From: Eledone cirrhosa
Taxonomy: Eukaryota
DNA length: 64,000 bases
Assembly (NCBI GenBank): GCA_964016885.1
Contig: OZ024756.1
Span: 11,036,001-11,100,000, forward strand
Reading direction: 5' to 3'
Position numbers and translations under genes: made by a program. The notes below the pieces were generated by a model, which did no database searches, was not told the DNA's origin, and was given only the letters and a program-made list of their open reading frames with translations. Shown here piece after piece: positions 1 through 11,651 of this stretch; the stretch's first letter is position 1, and every line of letters begins with the position of its first letter.

Positions 1-1262
1 CACTGCTGGAGTGTTGCACTGCTTGATGTATCACTGCTGGAGTGTTGCACTGCTTGATGTATCACTGCTGGAGTGTTGCAGTGCTGGAGTGTTGCACTGC
101 TTGATGTATCACTGCTGGAGTGTTGCACTGCTGGAGTGTTGCACTGCTTGATGTATCACTGCTGGAGTGTTGCAGTGCTGGAGTGGTGCACTGCTGGAGT
201 GTTGCACTGCTGGAGTGTTGCACTGCTGGAGTGGTGCACTGCTGGAGTGTTGCACTGCTGGAGTGGTGCACTGCTGGAGTGTATCACTGCTGGAGTGTTG
301 CACTGCTGGAGTGTTGCACTGCTGGAGTGTTGCACTGCTGGAGTGTTGCACTGCTGGAGTGTTGCACTGCTTGATGTATCACTGCTGGAGTGTTGCACTG
401 CTTGATGTATCACTGCTGGAGTGTTGCAGTGCTGGAGTGTTGCACTGCTTGATGTATCACTGCTGGAGTGTTGCACTGCTGGAGTGTTGCACTGCTTGAT
501 GTATCACTGCTGGAGTGTTGCAGTGCTGGAGTGGTGCACTGCTGGAGTGTTGCACTGCTGGAGTGTTGCACTGCTGGAGTGGTGCACTGCTGGAGTGTTG
601 CACTGCTGGAGTGGTGCACTGCTGGAGTGTTGCACTGCTTGATGTATCACTGCTGGAGTGTTGCACTGCTGGAGTGTTGCACTGCTGGAGTGTTGCACTG
701 CTGGAGTGTTGCACTGCTTGATGTATCACTGCTGGAGTGTTGCACTGCTGGAGTGGTGCACTGCTGGAGTGTTGCACTGCTTGATGTATCACTGCTGGAG
801 TGTTGCACTGCTGGAGTGTTGCAGTGCTGGAGTGTTGCAGTGCTGGAGTGTTGCACTGCTGGAGTGTTGCAGTGCTGGAGTGTTGCACTGCTGGAGTGTT
901 GCACTGCTGGAGTGTTGCACTGCTGGAGTGTTGCACTGCTGGAGGGTTGCACTGCTGGAGTGGCTGGAGTGTTGCACTGCTGGAGTGGTGCACTGCTGGA
1001 GTGTTGCACTGCTGGAGTGGTGCACTGCTGGAGTGTTGCACTGCTGGAGTGTTGCACTGCTGGAGTGTTGCACTGCTGGAGTGTTGCACTGCTGGAGTGT
1101 TGCACTGCTGGAGTGTTGCACTGCTGGAGTGTTGCACTGCTGGAGTGTTATACTGCTGGAGTGTTGCACTGCTGGAGTGTTGCACTGCTGGAGTGTTGCA
1201 CTGCTGGAGTGTTGCACTGCTGGAGTGTTATACTGCTGGAGTGTTGCACTGCTGGAGTGTTT
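1..1262. repeat. 16-bp minisatellite (CACTGCTGGAGTGTTG) with a 15-bp variant unit (CACTGCTTGATGTAT); continues past the window start
   Basis: Directly visible tandem units; identical ORF translations at 62..271 and 410..619 show a 348-bp internal duplication. Confidence 0.97.
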
Positions 1263-1670
1263 TCACTGTATGGCAATTGAATATGTCAGTATTTATGGCC
1301 AACAGAGACGTGGAGGTCTAGGATGGCTAGGAATTTTCTACCTATATTAGTTTTCACATTAAGTGCAAAAGGTGGTGCAAACCATATAACATCTCTATGT
1401 CTACGTTTTTTTTTCTTTCTAGATGTAGGACGGTGATATGGAGAGTACGTGATTCTTTTAGAGAAGCCACTGTTGCTTAGTGCTGAGTAGGATGCTGCCC
1501 TATCAAAGATGGCTTTGGTAGAAGAGAGGTTGGACACCTTCTTATTAATGTTATTGATAAGATTGAGGGTTGCTAGAGTCCTTATAAATGTACTTAAGTT
1601 TCTCACTGTGTTAGTGGAAGGCTCTGTATGTGCATGTCCGTAGGTCTAAATTAACGTCTAGGAAATTAAC
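1263..1670 (-). mobile_element. Penelope-like element relic (RT C-terminus/linker before GIY-YIG endonuclease)
   Basis: ORF 1286..1606 (KVSNLSSTKAIFDRAA...ALSNSGF...VIWFAPPFALNVKTNIGRKFL...GHKY) is closely paralogous to the PLE fragment at 10408-11220. Confidence 0.85.
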
Positions 1671-1869
1671 ATCATCATCATCACCACCACCAGATTTTCT
1701 CACCCTAAACCAACCCTGGCCAACAGAACTACCTGAAAATCACCGAAATACTTGATAATTACTGAAATAATTAATCAATTAAATATATGACCTTGTTTAA
1801 CCTTCTGCTTCGGAACCTTCATCTTTCAACTGGAGATCATAACTTTATCTCTCTTTACTTTCATTTGCT

Positions 1870-2411
1870 GCCTTCTTCTTCTTCTTCTTCTTCTTTGCCT
1901 TCTTCTTCTTCTATGCCTTCTTCTTCTTTTTCTTCTTCTTCTTCTTCTTCTTCTTCGGCTTCTTTTTCTTCATCTTCTTCTTCTTTGCCATCTTTTTCTT
2001 CTTCTTCTTCTTCTTCTTCTTCTTTGCCTTCTTCTTCTTTGGCTTCTTCTTTGCCTTCTTCTTCTTCTATGCCTTCTTCTTCTTCTTTTTCTTCTTCTTT
2101 TTCTTCTTCTTCTTCTTCTTCTTTGGCTTCTTCTTTGCCTTCTTCTTTGCCTTCTTTTTCTTCATCTTCTTCTTCTTTGCCATCTTTTTCTTCTTCTTCT
2201 TCTTCTTCTTCTTCTTCTTCTTCTTCTTCTTCTTCTTCTTTGCCTTCTTCTTCTTCATCTTCTTCTTTGCCTTCTTCTTTTTCTTCTTCTTTGCCTTCTT
2301 CGTCTTATTATTATTCTTCTTATTGTTCTTCTTCTTCTTTGCCTTCTTCTTTTTCTTGTTTTTCTTTTTCTTGTTCTTCTTCTTTGCCTTCTTCTTCTCC
2401 TCCTTCTCCTT
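1870..2411. repeat. Imperfect (TCT)n microsatellite
   Basis: Direct reading; explains poly-Ser/poly-Lys ORFs. Confidence 0.95.
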
Positions 2412-2699
2412 CTTTTAATTACACCAACACACACATCTGTGGAGTACTCAGCCACTTACCCATCAATCCTTCTATAAGTCTCTTCTGTCAGTCAGTCCTT
2501 CTATAAGCAGTCTCTTCTGCCAGTCAGTCCTTCTATAAGCAGTCTCTTCTGCCAGTCAATTCACTGAAACATTCATTGTTGAATCTTGTCAAAGTTTCTT
2601 CCATTGATTTACAAATAAAATTAGATTTGGAATCTTAACATAATCCACACCCACAGCATTTTATAACTGCTTGGACTGGGATAGCCATGATAGCCATGT

Positions 2700-5600
2700 T
2701 GGTATAGACATGACTGGGTATAAGGGGAATGAGGTGTAGTGTGTAGGAGAGGAGACTGCACTGGTATAGACATGACTGGGTATAAGGGGAATGAGTTGTA
2801 GTTTGTAGGAGAGGAGACTGCACTGGTATAGACATGACTGGGTATAAGAGGAATGAGGTGTAGTGTGTAGGAGAGGAGACAGCACTGGTATAGACATGAC
2901 TGGGTATAAGGGGAATGAGGTGTAGTGTGTAGGAGAGGAGACTGCACTGGTATAGACATGACTGGGTATAAGGGCAATGAGGTGTAGTGTCTAAGAGAGG
3001 AGACTGCACTGGTATAGACATGACTGGGTATAAGGGGAATGAGGTGTAGTGTGTAGGAGAGGAGACTGCACTGGTATAGACATGACTGGGTATAAGAGGA
3101 ATGAGGTGTAGTGTGTAGGAGAGGAGACTGCACTGGTATAGACATGACTGGGTATAAGGGGAATGAGGTGTAGTGTGTAGGAGAGGAGACTGCACTGGTA
3201 TAGACATGACTGGGTGTAAGGGGAATGGGGTGTAGTGTGTAGGAGAGGAGACTGCACTGGTATAGACATGACTGGGTATAAGGGGAATGAGGTGTAGTGT
3301 GTAGGAGAGGAGACTGCACTGGTATAGACATGACTGGGTATAAGAGGAATGAGTTGTAGTTTGTAGGAGAGGAGACTGTGGTGGTATAGACATGACTGGG
3401 TATAAGGGGAATGAGGTGTAGTGTGTAGGAGAGGAGACTGCACTGGTATAGACATGACTGGGTATAAGGGGAATGAGGTGTAGTGTGTAGGAGAGGAGAC
3501 TGCACTGGTATAGACATGACTGGGTATAAGGGGAATGAGGTGTAGTGTGTAGGAGAGGAGACTGCACTGGTATAGACATGACTGGGTATAAGAGGAATGA
3601 GGTGTAGTGTGTAGGAGAGGAGACTGCACTGGTATAGACATGACTGGGTATAAGAGGAATGAGTTGTAGTTTGTAGGAGAGGAGACTGTGGTGGTATAGA
3701 CATGACTGGGTATAAGGGGAATGAGGTGTAGTGTGTAGGAGAGGAGACTGCACTGGTATAGACATGACTGGGTATAAGGGGAATGAGGTGTAGTGTGTAG
3801 GAGAGGAGACTGCACTGGTATAGACATGACTGGGTATAAGAGGAATGAGGTGTAGTGTGTAGGAGAGGAGACTGCACTGGTATAGACATGACTGGGTATA
3901 AGAGGAATGAGTTGTAGTTTGTAGGAGAGGAGACTGCACTGGTATAGACATGACTGGGTATAAGGGGAATGAGGTGTAGTGTGTAGGAGAGGAGACTGCA
4001 CTGGTATAGACATGACTGGGTATAAGGGCAATGAGGTGTAGTGTCTAAGAGAGGAGACTGCACTGGTATAGACATGACTGGGTATAAGGGGAATGAGGTG
4101 TAGTGTGTAGGAGAGGAGACTGCACTGGTATAGACATGACTGGGTATAAGAGGAATGAGGTGTAGTGTGTAGGAGAGGAGACTGCACTGGTATAGACATG
4201 ACTGGGTATAAGGGGAATGAGGTGTAGTGTGTAGGAGAGGAGACTGCACTGGTATAGACATGACTGGGTGTAAGGGGAATGGGGTGTAGTGTGTAGGAGA
4301 GGAGACTGCACTGGTATAGACATGACTGGGTATAAGAGGAATGAGTTGTAGTTTGTAGGAGAGGAGACTGCACTGGTATAGACATGACTGGGTATAAGGG
4401 GAATGGGGTGTAGTGTGTAGGAGAGGAGACTGCACTGGTATAGACATGACTGGGTATAAGGGCAATGAGGTGTAGTGTCTAAGAGAGGAGACTGCACTGG
4501 TATGGACATGACTGGGTATAAGAGGAATGAGGTGTAGTGTGTAGGAGAGGAGACTGCACTGGTATAGACATGACTGGGTATAAGAGGAATGAGGTGTAGT
4601 GTGTAGGAGAGGAGACTGCACTGGTATAGACATGACTGGGTATAAGGGGAATGAGGTGTAGTGTGTAGGAGAGGAGACTGCACTGGTATAGACATGACTG
4701 GGTATAAGGGCAATGAGGTGTAGTGTCTAAGAGAGGAGACTGCACTGGTATAGACATGACTGGGTATAAGGGGAATGAGGTGTAGTGTGTAGGAGAGGAG
4801 ACTGCACTGGTATAGACATGACTGGGTATAAGGGCAATGAGGTGTAGTGTCTAAGAGAGGAGACTGCACTGGTATAGACATGACTGGGTATAAGAGGAAT
4901 GAGGTGTAGTGTGTAGGAGAGGAGACTGCACTGGTATAGACATGACTGGGTATAAGAGGAATGAGGTGTAGTGTGTAGGAGAGGAGACTGCACTGGTATA
5001 GACATGACTGGGTATAAGGGCAATGAGGTGTAGTGTCTAAGAGAGGAGACTGCACTGGTATAGACATGACTGGGTATAAGGGGAATGGGGTGTAGTGTGT
5101 AGGAGAGGAGACTGCACTGGTATAGACATGACTGGGTATAAGAGGAATGAGGTGTAGTGTGTAGGAGAGGAGACTGCACTGGTATAGACATGACTGGGTA
5201 TAAGGGAAATGAGGTGTAGTGTGTAGGAGAGGAGACTGCACTGGTATAGACATGACTGGGTATAAGGGGAATGGGGTGTAGTTTGTAGGAGAGGAGACTG
5301 CACTGGTATAGACATGACTGGGTATAAGGGGAATGAGGTGTAGTGTGTAGGAGAGGAGACTGCACTGGTATAGACATGACTGGGTATAAGAGGAATGAGG
5401 TGTAGTGTGTAGGGGAGGAGACTGCACTGGTATAGACATGACTGGGTATAAGAGGAATGGGGTGTAGTGTGTAGGAGAGGAGACTGCACTGGTATAGACA
5501 TGACTGGGTATAAGGGGAATGAGGTGTAGTTTGTAGGAGAGGAGACTGCACTGGTATAGACATGACTGGGTATAAGAGGAATGAGGTGTAGTGTGTAGGA

Positions 5601-7725
5601 GAGGAGACTGCACTGGTATAGACATGACTGGGTATAAGGGGAATGAGGTGTAGTGTGTAGGAGAGGAGACTGCACTGGTATAGACATGACTGGGTATAAT
5701 GGGAATGATGTGTAGTGTGTAGGAGAGGAGACTGCACTGGTATAGACATGACTGGGTATAAGAGGAATGAGGTGTAGTGTGTAGGAGAGGAGACTGCACT
5801 GGTATAGACATGACTGGGTATAAGAGGAATGAGGTGTAGTTTGTAGGAGAGGAGACTGCACTGGTATAGACATGACTGGGTATAAGGGGAATGGGGTGTA
5901 GTGTGTAGGAGAGGAGACTGTGGTGGTATAGACATGACTGGGTATAAGGGGAATGGGGTGTAGTGTGTAGGAGAGGAGACTGCACTGGTATAGACATGAC
6001 TGGGTATAATGGGAATGAGTTGTAGTTTGTAGGAGAGGAGACAGCACTGGTATAGACATGACTGGGTATAAGGGGAATGGGGTGTAGTGTGGAGGAGAGG
6101 AGACTGCACTGGTATAGACATGACTGGGTATAAGAGGAATGAGGTGTAGTGTGTAGGAGAGGAGACTGCACTGGTATAGACATGACTGGGTATAAGGGGA
6201 ATGGGGTGTAGTGTGTAGGAGAGGAGACTGCACTGGTATAGACATGACTGGGTATAAGGGGAATGGGGTGTAGTGTGTAGGAGAGGAGACTGTGGTGGTA
6301 TAGACATGACTGGGTATAAGGGGAATGGGGTGTAGTGTGTAGGAGAGGAGACTGCACTGGTATAGACATGACTGGGTATAAGGGAAATGAGGTGTAGTGT
6401 GTAGGAGAGGAGACTGCACTGGTATAGACATGACTGGGTATAAGGGGAATGGGGTGTAGTTTGTAGGAGAGGAGACTGCACTGGTATAGACATGACTGGG
6501 TATAAGGGGAATGAGGTGTAGTGTGTAGGAGAGGAGACTGCACTGGTATAGACATGACTGGGTATAAGAGGAATGAGGTGTAGTGTGTAGGGGAGGAGAC
6601 TGCACTGGTATAGACATGACTGGGTATAAGAGGAATGGGGTGTAGTGTGTAGGAGAGGAGACTGCACTGGTATAGACATGACTGGGTATAAGGGGAATGA
6701 GGTGTAGTTTGTAGGAGAGGAGACTGCACTGGTATAGACATGACTGGGTATAAGAGGAATGAGGTGTAGTGTGTAGGAGAGGAGACTGCACTGGTATAGA
6801 CATGACTGGGTATAAGGGGAATGAGGTGTAGTGTGTAGGAGAGGAGACTGCACTGGTATAGACATGACTGGGTATAATGGGAATGATGTGTAGTGTGTAG
6901 GAGAGGAGACTGCACTGGTATAGACATGACTGGGTATAAGAGGAATGAGGTGTAGTGTGTAGGAGAGGAGACTGCACTGGTATAGACATGACTGGGTATA
7001 AGAGGAATGAGGTGTAGTTTGTAGGAGAGGAGACTGCACTGGTATAGACATGACTGGGTATAAGGGGAATGGGGTGTAGTGTGTAGGAGAGGAGACTGTG
7101 GTGGTATAGACATGACTGGGTATAAGGGGAATGGGGTGTAGTGTGTAGGAGAGGAGACTGCACTGGTATAGACATGACTGGGTATAATGGGAATGAGTTG
7201 TAGTTTGTAGGAGAGGAGACAGCACTGGTATAGACATGACTGGGTATAAGGGGAATGGGGTGTAGTGTGGAGGAGAGGAGACTGCACTGGTATAGACATG
7301 ACTGGGTATAAGAGGAATGAGGTGTAGTGTGTAGGAGAGGAGACTGCACTGGTATAGACATGACTGGGTATAAGGGGAATGGGGTGTAGTGTGTAGGAGA
7401 GGAGACTGCACTGGTATAGACATGACTGGGTATAAGGGGAATGGGGTGTAGTGTGTAGGAGAGGAGACTGTGGTGGTATAGACATGACTGGGTATAAGGG
7501 GAATGGGGTGTAGTGTGTAGGAGAGGAGACTGCACTGGTATAGACATGACTGGGTATAAGGGAAATGAGGTGTAGTGTGTAGGAGAGGAGACTGCACTGG
7601 TATAGACATGACTGGGTATAAGGGGAATGGGGTGTAGTGTGTAGGAGAGGAGACTGTGGTGGTATAGACATGACTGGGTATAAGGGGAATGAGGGGCAGT
7701 GTGTAGGAGAGGAGACTGTGGTGGT
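2700..7725. repeat. 62-bp minisatellite, about 81 units, derived from RTE LINE coding sequence
   Basis: Unit ACTGGGTATAAGGGGAATGAGGTGTAGTGTGTAGGAGAGGAGACTGCACTGGTATAGACATG; ungapped match to the RTE at about 56933-56994 (minus). Confidence 0.95.
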
Positions 7726-7900
7726 AAGGGTATGTGATGTATAGAGATGATGATTGTTGGGTGAAGAAGTGCTAAGAAATCAGGGCAAAACCAAGGAAGA
7801 CTTGTGTGGTGGAGTTGGGAACTGATCTGAAATGAAATCTTCTTACAATGAAGATGACACGGAACTGCAGTGGGGGATGGAGTTGTCTGCTGAATGAGAA
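7726..7900 (+). mobile_element. Degenerate RTE-clade LINE 3' end continuing from the 62-bp array
   Basis: Reads GYVMYRDDDCWVKKC*EI..PRKT, matching GHVMHMEDDRWVKKCQEI in ORF 56853..57059. Confidence 0.75.
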
Positions 7901-7972
7901 CCATTCAACATTTGCAAACATAGAAAAACAGATGTAATATGATGAAAATGGTAGTGGGGAGGGGCGGGGGTG

Positions 7973-8092
7973 CTGATGATGATGATGATGGTGATGGTGG
8001 TGATGATGATGGTGGTGATGATGACGATGATGATGGTGGTGATGGTGATTGTGACTGTGGTGATGATGATGATGATGATGATGGTGATGATA
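7973..8092. repeat. (GAT/GGT)n microsatellite
   Basis: Direct reading. Confidence 0.93.
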
Positions 8093-8904
8093 ATTTGGCA
8101 AACTTGTAGCATCTTATCATTTATAAAAATGTATTCAACTCAGTTTGAGCTGACTTTTCTTTTTTTTCTTTTCTTTTCCAAGTGAGAAAATCTGTTAATA
8201 TTCTCCCATCAAGGATGTCAGTCCTTCCTTGTCCAGTACACTTCATCCATTCTACTGACCTTCTCTGTTTCAATGTCATGTAGTTATTTCATAAGGATAA
8301 TTACTCTCCTTTGAATTTATCGGACTTAGGAGAAATCCTGCTTCTCAGCTTTCAACTCATTTGTTATTTAATGCATATTTTCAGGTCATTAGCCATGGAA
8401 CATTCTTAGAAATAGCCAGCTTTGCTTTTTTCCTTTTCTTTTCTTTTTTTTCATCCACCCCTCTCCTTGTCCTTATCTTTAATACAGAAGCTAGCTTGCT
8501 GAAGTCTGTAATTTACTGCTGTCACCTTTGTCTATGTTCTTAGGATTGGAATCTACTGATGAAGATTAAAACAGCATTAGAACCTGAACGGGTTTTATGA
8601 GATTCTCACACAAAACAAGACAGAAATTAATATGATTTCAGCTTATTGTTACTGGCAGAGAGAAAACACGAACCTGCTAAATACTGTTGATTTAGTTTTA
8701 TTGTTGCTTTGGTAACTGATACATTCATGAGTTAGTTTACTAACCGGATGCTTGTTTAATTATCAAAGTTCTTTTGTCATACATTTTGTGACCTTCTCAA
8801 TAACTATTTTTGCTCCTTTCTATCTCCTCTTTGTTTTTATCTTGTTCTATTAACTCCATCTTGTCTTTCTGTGGTATGTATGTGATAGCCCCATAACAAC
8901 CAGT

Positions 8905-9175
8905 TGGAGTTGTAGGAGAACCATACACAGGGGTTCTTGGGCATTTTAAGCCTGGTAGAGCCTAGCTCCACTCAAGGTCTGAATACAGGAGATTTCTTCT
9001 AGAGAAGAATACCGAGTGATAGAGGGGAGGTGAAAAAGTGATATAGAGGAAGGATCGGCCCCATTACTTGACTGGTACTTTATTTATTGACCTCAAAAGG
9101 ATGAAAGCAAAATTGACCATGGTGGGATTTGAACTCAGAGAGAAAAGCTAGAATGAATACTGTAAAGCATTCTAT
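8905..9175 (-). mobile_element. SINE family A variant with alternative 3' extension
   Basis: Contains ACTGGTACTTTATT...AGGATGAAAG...GGGATTTGAACTCAG like the other family A copies; 8905-9050 matches the reverse complement of about 62185-62330. Confidence 0.7.
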
Positions 9176-9204
9176 CCAACATTTTATACTTGATTTATGG
9201 AAAA

Positions 9205-9245
9205 TAGTCTTTACATTTCAGACACTAGTCCTTCATCAGAAGATA
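9205..9245 (-). ncRNA. Degenerate minimal hammerhead ribozyme motif
   Basis: Minus strand: tatctt CTGATGA a ggac tagt gtct GAAA tg TA aagacta; stems I and II pair but stem III is nearly deleted. Confidence 0.5.
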
Positions 9246-9404
9246 GTATGAGAAAGAAAAGAAATAGGATGATAGATGAGAATAAGAAAAGAAAAAGAAA
9301 ATGTAAAAAGATTTCTTTTCAAGAGGAAAACAGGTGTGTATATATATATATATATATATTATTCAAAATATTAATAAATGAAGACATTCACATAATCAAA
9401 ATAT

Positions 9405-9475
9405 ATGTTTTATTATATATATTTCGGAGGTACTGTGCTGTTTTTTTCAGTACGTCCTCATCAGATAAAATACAT
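9405..9475 (-). ncRNA. Minimal type I hammerhead ribozyme (left-arm copy)
   Basis: Reverse complement of 9612-9681 with one extra loop base. Confidence 0.8.
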
Positions 9476-9611
9476 GAATTGATGTATGACATACCTCAAC
9501 TGTGTTGATGGTTCAATTCCAGTCTTGGCAGGACTGGAATTGAACCATCAACAGTCTGCCAAGACTGGAATTGAACCATCAAGACCGTTGAGGTTTGTCA
9601 TACATCAATTC

Positions 9612-9681
9612 ATGTATTTTATCTGATGAGGACGTACTGAAAAAACAGCACAGTACCTCCGAAATATATATAATAAAACAT
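9612..9681 (+). ncRNA. Minimal type I hammerhead ribozyme
   Basis: ttttat CTGATGA gga-c-gtactg (loop) cagtac-c-tcc GAAA tatata TA ataaaa; complete core, stems I and II pair, palindromic stem III; predicted cut after 9672. Confidence 0.85.
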
Positions 9682-9839
9682 ATATTTTGATTATGTGAAT
9701 GTCTTCATTTATTAATATTTTGAATAATATTAATAACTCCAGAAAACTTCTTTGTAGAGTGCTTTTAATCTATTGTAAAACTATATTCATTGAGTAATCA
9801 ATGAACTTTATTAACATTTGGTTATATATATATATATAT

Positions 9840-9951
9840 ATATAGATGAGATTTTACAGGACTAGAACTGTTTCATTCTTTAGAAATCATCAGATTCCTG
9901 ATGATTTCTAAAGAATGAAACAGTTCTAGTCTTGTAGAATCTCATCTATAT
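9840..9951. repeat. Foldback hairpin (54-bp arms, 4-nt spacer) made of two back-to-back HHR cores
   Basis: TCATCAG-attc-CTGATGA at the centre; right arm CTGATGA tttctaaagaat GAAAC agttcta GTC; starts in (TA)n. Confidence 0.85.
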
Positions 9952-10029
9952 TAAAACTTTTATACTCTGCAATGTATTGAGTACCTTACTTACTGTGGTT
10001 ACCTCCGATTCAACCCGGAATAACGTACC

Positions 10030-10061
<32 letters not shown>

Positions 10062-10117
10062 TATATATGTATATTTAATTTTATATATATATATATATTA
10101 GATTTATATATATATCA

Positions 10118-10405
10118 TCCTCATCATCATCCTTTTACGTCCGCTTTTTCCTGATTGCAAGGGTGGGACAGGTCCTTTTCAGCACAGCATCTCTCCATTC
10201 GTCACAATCCTTTGTCAGCTTCAGCTATCTGAGGTCAGCTCTCACCACCTCCGCCCATGATTTTTGTGGTCTTCTTCTACTGCGTCTTCTTTCCACTGGG
10301 ATTTCTTGGCACTTCTTTATTCAGCGATCATCCTCCATATGCATCACACTCTTCTCTCCCGCACACTACAGCCTATCCCTCTTATACACAGTTTCACTCT
10401 CAACT
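10118..10405 (-). mobile_element. RTE-clade LINE 3' fragment with (GAT)n tail
   Basis: Closely similar to 56703-57005 (TTCAGCACAGCATCTCTCCATTCGTCA, CCACTGGGATTTCTTGGCACTTCTTTA). Confidence 0.85.
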
Positions 10406-10407
10406 CG

Positions 10408-11220
10408 TCTACATAGTCATTAACGACATTAGTAAGAGGGTTTCCAACCTCTCCTCCAGCAAAGCCATCTTTGATAGGGCAGCACCCTATTATAATTTAC
10501 CACTGAGTAACAGCGGCTTCTCCGACAAAATCACGTACTCTCCAGATCACCGCCCTACATCTAGAAAGAAAAAACCTAGACAAAAAGATATCATATGGTT
10601 CACACCACCTTTCTCAATGGGAAAACTAAGGCAGGTAAAAAATTCCTAGCTCTCATAGAATCTCCATTTCCCTGTTGGCCATAAATACCAAAAGATATTT
10701 AATTGCCATACAGTAAAAATAGGGTACTCTTGCACCAACACTATTAAATCCTACATCACCAAGAAATGCAAAAGCCCTCCACCATATGGATGCTCATGTA
10801 GAAGGCCTGAAACATGTCCACTAGACCAACAGTGCAACACTCCGGTGGTGATATACCAAGCAGAGGTTACCTCCACCAGCCAGAACCACCAAACTGAAGC
10901 ATGGACCTATGTCGGTATATCCGAGAGCCAGTTTAAAAACCGGTACCTGAATCATGAAACAACCTTCAGATATCCCGAGAAAAAACATGCCACCTGGCTT
11001 GCAAATCACATATGGAACCTTAAGAACAATGGCACACCTTTTCCCATCAAATGGAGGACGTTAGAAAGATCTACCGCCTATGTGAATGGGTCGAAATTTG
11101 TCAACTTTGTAATTCTGAAAAATGCTATATACTCTCACAATTAGCTTCAGATAAGCACTGCCTCAACACACGGCTTGATTGCTTTGGTAACTGCCTTCAT
11201 GAGAAGAGTACATTTTGAGT
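10408..11220 (+). mobile_element. 5'-truncated, frameshifted Penelope-like element: RT C-terminus, Cys linker and GIY-YIG endonuclease
   Basis: AIFDRAAPYYN, IIWFTPPFS, CSCRRPETCPLDQQC, VIYQAEV...YVGISESQFKNRYLNH, LANHIWNLK. Confidence 0.9.
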
Positions 11221-11517
11221 AAATAACTTAGACCTGACTAACATGTCTAGAAGTATACTTTGATTTTCTGACTAGTTTGTATATCAAAGAAATTGGATTC
11301 TTTGAGTCAGCTAGAAAAAATTATTTTTCTTCCATTTTTATTAAATCTTGACTGTGGTCTCTCAAGTGTTACCTCCCTTGATATTACCATCTAATTTTTT
11401 TAAATAACTACCTTTTCCTAATAAATTTTTAAATTACCTGCCTTTGATATATTTCTAAAAAGAAAGCACAATCAAGCCCAACCGGCCATCTTTATTTTTA
11501 ATTTTTCTTATGACAGA

Positions 11518-11564
11518 CTTAATGAGTTGTTGTCCAGAACCCAACGAAACTTAAGTAACTATTT
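11518..11564 (+). ncRNA. Degenerate hammerhead motif in the 3' region of the PLE
   Basis: cTTAATGA gttg (loop) caac GAAA cttaag TA actat; first box is mutated, stem II and palindromic stem III are intact. Confidence 0.55.
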
Positions 11565-11651
11565 ATGCCCTTGTTGTAATTATTTATACTAAACTCATCC
11601 TATGGACTAAATGCTTTTACCCTTGGATATTTCTACCAAACTTTTACTACA

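Larger units (their letters stand above)
9356..9730. repeat. Foldback inverted repeat, arms of about 175 bp (9356-9531 / 9556-9730), probable PLE inverted pLTR
   Basis: Arms are near-perfect reverse complements, each carries an HHR, and the unit begins in a (TA)n run. Confidence 0.92.

Noticed and set aside
2621-7904. Long ORFs in all three minus frames
   Set aside because: Translation of the 62-bp satellite
8541-8597. Possible exon after TTCTTAG, also containing CTGATGA
   Set aside because: No clear donor site or homology; no GAAA box or stems for an HHR
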